Of a stretch of 52,233 nt of DNA, positions 9,068 to 16,337 are shown in pieces. Position 1 is the stretch's first letter. Each line of letters opens with the position of its first letter. Origin of the DNA: a virus (lineage: Duplodnaviria; Caudoviricetes); the IMG/VR virus record IMGVR_UViG_3300037151_000077, positions 1-52,233 of that record. One strand, written 5' to 3'. The notes under the pieces are model-generated. The model was not told where the DNA came from. It ran no database searches and saw nothing but the letters and a program-made list of their open reading frames with translations. The position numbers and the translations under genes were made by a program.

Positions 9068-9178
9068 ACTAGGAAAAGTCCCATCCGCCCAAGTTTTACG
9101 CGGGATTCACAAGCGTGCACAGGATTTCAACCGCGCCACTATTGACCGTTCCGCAGACAGAGTTGTAAAACCGATCCC

Positions 9179-9385
9179 GTGAGAGGCAGTTCTCAGTTGT
9201 CGATTCTCCTGTGCTGGCTGTTGTGGGTTGCGCTGCCGGCGGGCTTCTTCGCCTACCGCGCCTGGCGCCTGTGGAAGCGAGGCTGGAGGATCTATATCCG
9301 GGCCCATGACGTCCAGGCCAATGAGTTGAACCGAGATCTGAGAGCTGCCTCTCCGAATCCCAACACACGGAAAGGAGGATGGTGA
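9179..9385 (+). CDS. Small membrane protein
   Basis: N-terminal hydrophobic stretch followed by basic residues. Confidence 0.45.
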   Translation: MRGSSQLSILLCWLLWVALPAGFFAYRAWRLWKRGWRIYIRAHDVQANELNRDLRAASPNPNTRKGGW

Positions 9386-9554
9386 GTGCAAGTTCGAAAG
9401 TAAGTAACAGTTTTCCCGTTGCAAAAGCGCCAGAGTCACGGGCGGGAGAGTGCCATCCAAAGGGAAGCCTGCTGGTGGCTCTGGTGTTTATTGAATGAAA
9501 CGGCGAGTACAATCGCGGTTGTAAGCCAATCTGTTCTGTGGGAGGACCCCAACC

Positions 9555-9872
9555 ATGCCTGAAGCGACGAAGACGAAAGTGTCCACCAACATGTCCGAAC
9601 TCACCAAGGAAGTCATCGGAGAGCTCTATATCGTAAGCATCGGAAATCCGGAGACGCGAAAGATGCATACCCGCCTCGCCGAGGCTCGTTCCGGTCCTAC
9701 GCCAGTGGCGCCGTCGGTGCATGACGCCGAACTCGACTTCAAGTGCTGGTATTCGGGGTTGCAGTCGCTCGCGCACGCTATCGATCCGGGCGTCGATTTA
9801 CCGCCAACCCAAAATATGGTCGGCTTCATCACCCAGAACTTCGAGCGCGTGAAAAGCTCAATCGCCGCCTAG
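9555..9872 (+). CDS. Hypothetical protein
   Basis: GGAGGA RBS; TACAAT -10-like box at 9508-9513. Confidence 0.7.
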   Translation: MPEATKTKVSTNMSELTKEVIGELYIVSIGNPETRKMHTRLAEARSGPTPVAPSVHDAELDFKCWYSGLQSLAHAIDPGVDLPPTQNMVGFITQNFERVKSSIAA

Positions 9873-9962
9873 AAGGGGCAAAGTTGTTGCACATCGACGA
9901 GGGGGAATGGGCTGCCAGGATGTTCCGCGCGGCCCATTTTCAACTTTGGAGAAAGGGGCGGT

Positions 9963-10220
9963 ATGAGCATTGGACGGCGCGGTTTTCTGACCAAGATTTT
10001 CGGGGCCGGGGCGACCGTGACCGCTCTGCATGCCATCGCGCCTCTAGCCTTCAAGGATTTGAAAAGCGTCGAAGTTCGGCGAGATCGGCAATATATCTTC
10101 CGTCTCCCAGGACTTGTTTCGCAAGAGCACCTTGCAAACGTCGCGAAGCAGCTCGAGGAGCGAGGCCTGAATGCCATCGTCATCGATAGCAACGTAGAGA
10201 TCTTCGAGCTCAATGGGTAA
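9963..10220 (+). CDS. Hypothetical protein with twin-arginine-like N-terminus
   Basis: MSIGRRGFLTKIFGAGA. Confidence 0.65.
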   Translation: MSIGRRGFLTKIFGAGATVTALHAIAPLAFKDLKSVEVRRDRQYIFRLPGLVSQEHLANVAKQLEERGLNAIVIDSNVEIFELNG

Positions 10221-10236
10221 GCCAGGAAGGGAAACA

Positions 10237-10431
10237 ATGCCATCACCCATCATGAAATACTTCGCCTACGGTCACCTTCCGGAGAAGCTCATGGAAACCT
10301 CGAGAGCCATCTACGAACTGGCGGCAAAAATGGAAACCGATATCCCGGACAGCGCGGAAAAGTCTGCTGGCCTGAGAAAACTGTTGGAAGCCAAAGATTG
10401 TTTTGTGAGAGCGGCTCTACCGCCGGAATAG
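10237..10431 (+). CDS. Conserved small phage protein
   Basis: IMKYFAYGHLP...AEKSAGLRKLLEAKDCFVRA, a recurrent phage family. Confidence 0.75.
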   Translation: MPSPIMKYFAYGHLPEKLMETSRAIYELAAKMETDIPDSAEKSAGLRKLLEAKDCFVRAALPPE

Positions 10432-10439
10432 GAGCACCA

Positions 10440-10748
10440 ATGCAAGATAGGAAGTTCGAAGAGCTAGAAGATAGAGCGTCAGCGTCAGAGCACATGGACT
10501 CATTGCGCCAGCTCGAGGCGCGCGGTCGCGTCCACAAAGAAATCGAGGCGATGAAGGCGGAAGGGAAAGCTCTAGAGCTCTCCGACGAGGAAGAGAAGAT
10601 GCTTCATTCGTTCCGACGCTTCAAACTCCGCATGAAGAAGAGAGTCGAGACCTTCACCTGGCAAACTCGCGTACCGGACGGCGTCGAACTCGCCAAAGAG
10701 TCTGGCTTGATCGCGCATCCAGACGAGGTAAATCCTCTCGCTATTTGA
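10440..10748 (+). CDS. Hypothetical protein
   Basis: AGGAG RBS before ATG 10440. Confidence 0.65.
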   Translation: MQDRKFEELEDRASASEHMDSLRQLEARGRVHKEIEAMKAEGKALELSDEEEKMLHSFRRFKLRMKKRVETFTWQTRVPDGVELAKESGLIAHPDEVNPLAI

Positions 10749-10911
10749 GTGCCTCAGCCGCCGAGTGTTGCGGGAGCTTTTCCTGCTTGGCCCACCTAGC
10801 TTTGACGGCTTTCCGAGCCGCCTCTGCGCGTTCTTCCGGAGTGCGATTTCGGGCTGTAGCTTTCCCGCCTTTACGTCCAAGTGAGACTGCGGCTGCATTC
10901 TTCTGTGCCAT
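10741..10911 (-). CDS. Small basic protein (GRKGGK...PEER..AARKA..ARW type), possible DNA-binding regulator
   Basis: MAQKNAAAVSLGRKGGKATARNRTPEERAEAARKAVKARWAK. Confidence 0.7.
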   Translation of the reverse strand: MAQKNAAAVSLGRKGGKATARNRTPEERAEAARKAVKARWAKQEKLPQHSAAEALK

Positions 10912-11000
10912 GGGAGCAGTTTTACCATGAGGATCTACGTGCCTTATACGGACCGCTGCGAACTCCATGAAAACACGCCAAATAGAGTTGATCTTTTTCC

Positions 11001-11029
11001 TTGACATTACACAGCGCTGCGTATAGAGT
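11001..11029 (+). promoter_or_regulatory. Sigma70-type promoter with a dyad in the spacer
   Basis: TTGACA-17-TAGAGT; spacer contains TACaCAGCGCTGcGTA; ATG lies 6 nt after the -10 box. Confidence 0.7.
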
Positions 11030-11035
11030 GACAAC

Positions 11036-11251
11036 ATGGACGAAGAACTTAAGCAAGCACTGGAAGGCATGGAAGCCCGGCTCTTAGACCGTATCGAAGC
11101 CACCGAAACGAGACTTCTGAAAGCCTATATGGGTTGGGGCCAATCGGTGGATCTGAAGTTGAAGACGGTCCCGCTGATCGAGGCGCGGATGAACGTCGCG
11201 GAAGAACGGATCACTGAGCTGGAACGCAAGAATCTGCAACGGGGTTTGTAG
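11036..11251 (+). CDS. Small coiled-coil protein (probably leaderless)
   Basis: Heptad-rich 71 aa directly after the promoter. Confidence 0.7.
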   Translation: MDEELKQALEGMEARLLDRIEATETRLLKAYMGWGQSVDLKLKTVPLIEARMNVAEERITELERKNLQRGL

Positions 11252-11369
11252 CACGTTAGTTTGTTGACAGGGATCAGGCGGTAACAGATGATCCCAAACA
11301 GTAAAACGGGCCGAAACGGGTGTTCAGACCCGCTCCAGCCCTAACCAGATCGCCTTTACAGGAGGCAAC

Positions 11370-11612
11370 ATGGCTGCAAATACGGTATCAGTCTCTCGCC
11401 CATTCCCCAGTACCTACACCGGAACCTTCCTCGAAACCCTAATCGGGCAGGTCGAAAAAGCCGAACAAAAGAACCCTGATCATGCAACCGCGCGTGCGTG
11501 GTATGTGGGTATGGCGCAAGAGGCCGGGTATATCGCGATGGGCAAAGCCTTCACGTGTGCGTGGTATGAGGGTATGGAACTAGAGGCCAAGCGTTTCGCC
11601 GATCGCGCGTAA
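11370..11612 (+). CDS. Hypothetical protein
   Basis: AGGAGG RBS. Confidence 0.7.
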   Translation: MAANTVSVSRPFPSTYTGTFLETLIGQVEKAEQKNPDHATARAWYVGMAQEAGYIAMGKAFTCAWYEGMELEAKRFADRA

Positions 11613-11647
11613 AAATCAGAAGTGGCAACAAGGAAGCGGTGACCAAA

Positions 11648-12160
11648 ATGAAAACCTTATTCGCAGTCCTGATCTTATCCTTATCTTCCGCCATGTCGTT
11701 CGGGCAGACCGATTGCAACTCCACACCTGACCATACCAAGTGCACCGATCAACAGACGGGGCACTCGATCGAAACCATCTGCACCGGGGAGTCATGTCAT
11801 ACGCGGGACTACTACGGGGAAGGTATCTCAGGCCACGACTACCGCGCATGTTGGAAAGCCATCCACGTCTTGAAACACGAACATACCGACGTGGCCCAGG
11901 CGAAAGTGAACGATCTCTGCGCGGGCATGCACAAAGCGGAAAAGTGGATTACAGCTGATGCTCCGCCGACTGTAGCTCCCGCGGTTGAGGAACCGAAAGC
12001 GACTCCGAACCCACAGCAAGAGGTTGAAGCGAAGAAGCAACTGGAAGCGATCCGGGTCCTCCCTTGCCGGATCTGGGCTGACTATGCGGACGCGTACGGC
12101 AGGTGTGTCGCGAGCCTCCCACCGACCGAATCGAAGACCCGAGTCGAAGTAAAGCAATGA
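11648..12160 (+). CDS. Secreted Cys-rich protein
   Basis: Signal peptide MKTLFAVLILSLSSAMSFG; 8 Cys. Confidence 0.7.
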   Translation: MKTLFAVLILSLSSAMSFGQTDCNSTPDHTKCTDQQTGHSIETICTGESCHTRDYYGEGISGHDYRACWKAIHVLKHEHTDVAQAKVNDLCAGMHKAEKWITADAPPTVAPAVEEPKATPNPQQEVEAKKQLEAIRVLPCRIWADYADAYGRCVASLPPTESKTRVEVKQ

Positions 12161-12189
12161 ACCCCTTTTACGACTACTTTGGACCGCGG

Positions 12190-12450
12190 CTAGGTTGTCG
12201 TTTGCCCCCTGAAGGGCATCATCTTCCGGATCTCGGCCAGCTCGGCAGCGTGCTTCGCTACATCGTCCTGGTGCTCTTTCCCGATGCACTCCAATATCTC
12301 CGTGCGCAGCTGAACGACGAGTGTCTCGGCCCGTCCGCAGGCCTTGAGCGAAGTCATGTAATTGCCCTGTTCCATCGCTCCCAGAATGACCTGCAGCTCA
12401 TTGGCCATCTTGTGCGCGAGCGGCGCCACTTTCTTGCTCATTGATCCCAT
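12190..12450 (-). CDS. Hypothetical protein
   Basis: 86-aa helical ORF; start uncertain. Confidence 0.5.
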   Translation of the reverse strand: MGSMSKKVAPLAHKMANELQVILGAMEQGNYMTSLKACGRAETLVVQLRTEILECIGKEHQDDVAKHAAELAEIRKMMPFRGQTTT

Positions 12451-12581
12451 CCGGCTGTCTTTGGGCTACCTTAAGTAACTAGATCAATACTACCGCCGAG
12501 CCTTACTCTCACCCTGAACCCCACGTTTCCGTTTCAGCGTCCGCCCGTGCGCGCCTGCGGTGCCCCCCAAAGCCTCCCTCT

Positions 12582-12959
12582 ATGAATATCTACGTTTATT
12601 CGGCTGCGGTTAATCCCGCGATCGACAAGCCTCTGTGTCGCCAACCTCGCTCCTACATTCAAAATCTTCTCGACACCAATGCCGCGTTCCAGGTGGACAT
12701 GTTCGACTTAAAGGCTGGGGTCCAGCTTCGTCCGAGCGCTCCACACCCGCGAGAACTCGAAAATGCCTGTATGAATGACGCCGTGACAACACTAGGCGGG
12801 AGCAATCTTCTTCCGTTTTCTCGCGGAGCTCAAGGCAAGATCGGCAAACCCGATCCGATCAACTATCCGATACCAGCATGCGGCGCGCACAATCGGCCGC
12901 TCTGGTGCAGTGATATCAATTTCGTGCCGGAACTAGAGGCGGTCGAGGCGAGAGCATGA
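12582..12959 (+). CDS. Hypothetical protein
   Basis: 125 aa, coupled to the next gene. Confidence 0.6.
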   Translation: MNIYVYSAAVNPAIDKPLCRQPRSYIQNLLDTNAAFQVDMFDLKAGVQLRPSAPHPRELENACMNDAVTTLGGSNLLPFSRGAQGKIGKPDPINYPIPACGAHNRPLWCSDINFVPELEAVEARA

Positions 12960-13225
12960 AAGACACTAGCGTGGAATTCAATTCCGACCCGATCCCCGCG
13001 AGCTGGCGCAAAGCCTACGAGACTCGTCCCATCGAAAAGCTGCCGGGCGATATGCTCAAGGCCTGCGATGCGCTGCGGGCGCAGGGGCGAGAGATCAACA
13101 GTCTTCGCAGCCAGGTCCTCCGCTACAAGGTAAAAAACTTTGTGCTCGTGGGACTTGTCGGCGGCGCCGCAGCTGAGGGAGTCAAAACCCTGGTCATTCT
13201 CCTCTTCAAACATTGGGCGCATTGA
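12956..13225 (+). CDS. Hypothetical protein with C-terminal hydrophobic segment
   Basis: ATGA coupling; FVLVGLVGGAAAEGVKTLVILLF. Confidence 0.6.
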   Translation: MKDTSVEFNSDPIPASWRKAYETRPIEKLPGDMLKACDALRAQGREINSLRSQVLRYKVKNFVLVGLVGGAAAEGVKTLVILLFKHWAH

Positions 13226-13227
13226 AA

Positions 13228-13450
13228 CGGATGCGAGACTGGCGATGGTACTGGTGGAAATTCGTGCACAACACCTTGATTCATCCGATGTTGGCATTCC
13301 CTTATGAACCGACATGGGTACAGCGGGCACACGATTGGACCGCGAAACGCTGCATAGGCGGCGGTTAATGGGCAGTCGGTTAACTTCGACACGAGCAAGC
13401 CTGATATCGGGCAGGGCCCCCGAAGACACTTTCTCGAAGCGGCGAAGTCT
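13228..13450 (+). ncRNA. Candidate structured non-coding RNA
   Basis: ~240-nt gap with several pairable segments and a possible pseudoknot (see findings); family and strand not established. Confidence 0.4.
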
Positions 13451-13468
13451 AGAATAAAAAACTTTGTT

Positions 13469-13678
13469 ATGCCTCAGCCTGAAATCCCGAATGCTTTCTC
13501 TGACCCGTTACTGAAGCTCAATCATTCCGAAGAGTCCGCCACTTCCCCAGAGGAAATGGAATTCGCGCTGGGCAGGCAGATGATGGCAGCGGAGCGAGCG
13601 ATCAGAAACGCACTGTTTATAGGGCCACTTGCAGTTATAGTCATCCTAATGGGCCTTTTATGCGCAGTCGTGAAATGA
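13469..13678 (+). CDS. Small membrane protein
   Basis: C-terminal TM-like segment. Confidence 0.6.
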   Translation: MPQPEIPNAFSDPLLKLNHSEESATSPEEMEFALGRQMMAAERAIRNALFIGPLAVIVILMGLLCAVVK

Positions 13679-13962
13679 GGAACTGTAAACAAGTGGATCC
13701 CACATATACCGCCGTTGTGACGCCGCGCAATGCCGACCCTGCGGACGAGGGCTTAACTATGGAGATCAGGTTTGCCGCTTCCAATCAGGCACAGGCAAAA
13801 AGACGCATCGCCCGCTACATGGCAGTTCATCTCGTCTCCGGGCCGAGCAAGGTTAAGCTCCCGAAGGGTTTTCTAACAGTCGATCAGGTTTGCGCCGCGG
13901 CAGACATGGTCGCTCTGGTCTATGCCACAGACGAGCTGCTCCCCGAAATCGAGGAACTGTAA
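13675..13962 (+). CDS. Hypothetical protein
   Basis: ATGA coupling. Confidence 0.6.
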   Translation: MRNCKQVDPTYTAVVTPRNADPADEGLTMEIRFAASNQAQAKRRIARYMAVHLVSGPSKVKLPKGFLTVDQVCAAADMVALVYATDELLPEIEEL

Positions 13963-13970
13963 GAAAGGCC

Positions 13971-14210
13971 ATGATAATCACTTTCGAAATCGTCCACGCC
14001 ACAGATAAAGACAAACTGCTGCTTCGACTTCGGGAGCTCGCCGAGGTGGTCGATATCTCGAATATTTCTTATGACAAATGGCGCGAAGTTGGATTCGCAA
14101 ATGAGCTGATCACGTCTGGTTTTGACGCCGAACGATTGATTGAAGAGCGCCCTGTTCTCGAACAAAAGCCACGCGAACCGCACGTCTGGCCACGGGTTCA
14201 ACAGAGCTAA
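13971..14210 (+). CDS. Hypothetical protein
   Basis: GAAAGG RBS before ATG 13971. Confidence 0.55.
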   Translation: MIITFEIVHATDKDKLLLRLRELAEVVDISNISYDKWREVGFANELITSGFDAERLIEERPVLEQKPREPHVWPRVQQS

Positions 14211-14329
14211 TCTGTGCGCAAATGCGCTGTATTCCTTGCCGGTTCTCAGCAAAAACCGTTTTTGCCGTTTCATATCACCTGAAATGAAAGATCAGCAACT
14301 TACGAGCTTAAAGTACTACTTGATCAACA

Positions 14330-14848
14330 GTGAATCTGGCTTTATACGCAAGGGTTTCCAAAGCTCACACCCATCAGGACCCGGAAGCTCAGCTCCAACC
14401 GCTTCGCGCTATGTGCGCAAGTCGCGGCTGGGTGATAGCCAAGGAATATGTCGATCACGGCTGGAGCGGAGCCAAAGAATCAAGACCAGCGCTCGATTCA
14501 ATGATGGCGGATGCCCAGCGTGGCTTTAAGGACTTCGAGGCTGTCGCGGTCTGGAAATTTGACCGTTTCGCTCGTTCTACCAAGCATCTCCTCAAAGCGC
14601 TCGAAACCTTCCAGGGACTCGGAATTGCCTTCATCTCTCTCACCGAATCCGTCGACACCAGCACTCCCTACGGCAAGTTGGTTTTTACCATCCTCGGCGC
14701 CGTCGCAGAGCTCGAACGCAGTCTTATCGCTGAACGCATCAAGAACGGAATGAAGAAATCGGGCGCGAAAAAGCCCGGACGGAAGATCGGAAAATGCGGT
14801 CCTTCGAAGTCAACGCTGTGGAGACAGTCAAAACTGAATTCGTTGTGA
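14330..14848 (+). CDS. Serine recombinase, resolvase/invertase family
   Basis: YARVS catalytic motif, SGAKESRPAL, VWKFDRFARS, AELERSLIAER. Confidence 0.95.
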   Translation: MNLALYARVSKAHTHQDPEAQLQPLRAMCASRGWVIAKEYVDHGWSGAKESRPALDSMMADAQRGFKDFEAVAVWKFDRFARSTKHLLKALETFQGLGIAFISLTESVDTSTPYGKLVFTILGAVAELERSLIAERIKNGMKKSGAKKPGRKIGKCGPSKSTLWRQSKLNSL

Positions 14849-15123
14849 TCCCGTGGATCGATAGACGTCCAACGGAGCCGTGGCAGGAACAATCGATGGC
14901 AAGTAGCGCCATCATCATCTGCCCAGACCTTTTTGTTGCGCAACTTCCGCAGATGGGTCCATCTCGCCGCCGAGCTCCTCGTCGCGCTCATGCATCGCGG
15001 CGCCACGCGTACAAGCAAACCTCGATGTGTCGAGCATGCCTCGACGGCAAGCATGCGACCTGCGTTTCGGCCGAGTGCAACTGTATCCATCGAGTAAACC
15101 ATTGGATTTGGAGCACAAATTGA
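14794..15123 (+). CDS. Hypothetical Cys/His-rich protein
   Basis: CRAC..GKHATC...CNCIH; start uncertain. Confidence 0.5.
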   Translation: MRSFEVNAVETVKTEFVVIPWIDRRPTEPWQEQSMASSAIIICPDLFVAQLPQMGPSRRRAPRRAHASRRHAYKQTSMCRACLDGKHATCVSAECNCIHRVNHWIWSTN

Positions 15124-15428
15124 GAATCGGACCCAGCAACTTCCGTAAGCACGTAGTGATCACGTGTATCCCGCTTGTCGGCCGTCGTGCTGTACGCCGC
15201 CGCGTCGCACCTGCAGGGCAGCTGATTACGCCGGAAGGTCTTGACGGCATCCTCGAGCAGGAAGCCGGAATCGTAGAGCGGTTCTTTCCTGGCGCGGAGT
15301 TTCGCCTGGTCGAGTTGCGCGATGGCAATTTCAATTTCATTCAGCTGACGCCAGCCGAGATACCAGCGGCCGATGGCGCCGCGGCCAGTGCGCTGCAGCA
15401 TGTAGAGCAAAGCGAACATGCCAGTTAG
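15120..15428 (+). CDS. Hypothetical protein
   Basis: TTG start coupled to the upstream stop after GGAG. Confidence 0.55.
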   Translation: MRIGPSNFRKHVVITCIPLVGRRAVRRRVAPAGQLITPEGLDGILEQEAGIVERFFPGAEFRLVELRDGNFNFIQLTPAEIPAADGAAASALQHVEQSEHAS

Positions 15429-15801
15429 AGCATTTCGTCCTTACGCCGTTGATCATGTGGTGCGTCGTCACGTGATCGATGTGCAGCGATCCAATGATCC
15501 GATTCGAAAGCTGTACCAGACAAAGATCTGGCGAGCCGTTCGCCGGATAGTGTTGGCACGCGACCCGATGTGCATGATGTGCACCGAGCGAGATCGGCTT
15601 TCGCCTGGGGATCAACTCATCATTGAGCTCAGCACAGTAGTCCACCACGTGATCCCAGCGCGCAAGTACATCGACCAGCACGGCGGCGATGAGAGCGTGT
15701 TCTATGACGACACTAACCTTGAGGGCGTCTGCAAGCCTTGCCATGATGCCCATACTGCAAAAGAAGTCGGCTTTGCCCCGCGGGTTAGCAATGGTGCTTA
15801 A
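15418..15801 (+). CDS. Packaging-associated HNH endonuclease (HK97 gp74-like)
   Basis: WRAVRRIVLARDPMCMMC...VVHHVIP...NLEGVCKPCHDAHT; directly upstream of terminase. Confidence 0.9.
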   Translation: MPVRAFRPYAVDHVVRRHVIDVQRSNDPIRKLYQTKIWRAVRRIVLARDPMCMMCTERDRLSPGDQLIIELSTVVHHVIPARKYIDQHGGDESVFYDDTNLEGVCKPCHDAHTAKEVGFAPRVSNGA

Positions 15802-15814
15802 ACCCAATGGAATC

Positions 15815-15905
15815 TATAGGGGGTAGGGGGTTCAATCTCTAGGCTCGGCGCCTCCAAAACCGCTCGCCGGGTTTTTGCGTGCGTCTCCCGTTCGCAAGAT
15901 TTTGG
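15815..15905 (+). other. Probable cos-region
   Basis: GGGGGTAGGGGG...AATCTCT...ACCGCTCGCC between HNH and terS, the usual context in HK97-like cos phages; exact cut site not determined. Confidence 0.55.
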
Positions 15906-15929
15906 GCATTTTTAAATTTTTGATGATTT

Positions 15930-16337
15930 ATGCCGCAACGAAGAGTTTCAACCAAAGCTTTGAAAGCGCGCGGAGCTTTTCTCCGCCATCCCGAACGTGC
16001 GCGAGCGCGAGCTCGTGAGCCGAAGTACACAGGACCTCTTGGCGCTCCACCAGAAAAGATGTCTATCGCTCGCAAGGCATTGTGGGCCGAACTTTCCGCC
16101 ATTGTTCCTGAAGGCGTTCCCGAAAAATCCGATCGCTGGATGTTCGAGGTGCTGGTTTGTCTGATGGAAGACTTCCGAAAAGGAATAGCGCGCGGCGGGG
16201 ACGTAAGCCAGCTGCTAAACCTGCTCGCAAAGTTAGGAATGACGCCGTCCGATCGAAGCCGCGTCACACCAAACGCGCCGCCATCTCCGCAGAAAGACAA
16301 GTGGGCAGAATTCGCGCAGCCTGCGAAGACGCAGTAG
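15930..16337 (+). CDS. terS: Terminase small subunit (P27-like)
   Basis: PPEKMS..RKALW...KLGMTPSDRSRV; position. Confidence 0.85.
   Translation: MPQRRVSTKALKARGAFLRHPERARARAREPKYTGPLGAPPEKMSIARKALWAELSAIVPEGVPEKSDRWMFEVLVCLMEDFRKGIARGGDVSQLLNLLAKLGMTPSDRSRVTPNAPPSPQKDKWAEFAQPAKTQ

Noticed and set aside
9471-9478. GCTGGTGG (E. coli Chi), also at 50314-50321
   Set aside because: Chi is taxon-specific, and these copies are part of the longer dyad motif.
9096-9776. 226-aa minus-strand ORF
   Set aside because: Overlaps better-supported plus-strand genes and a promoter region; composition is not protein-like.
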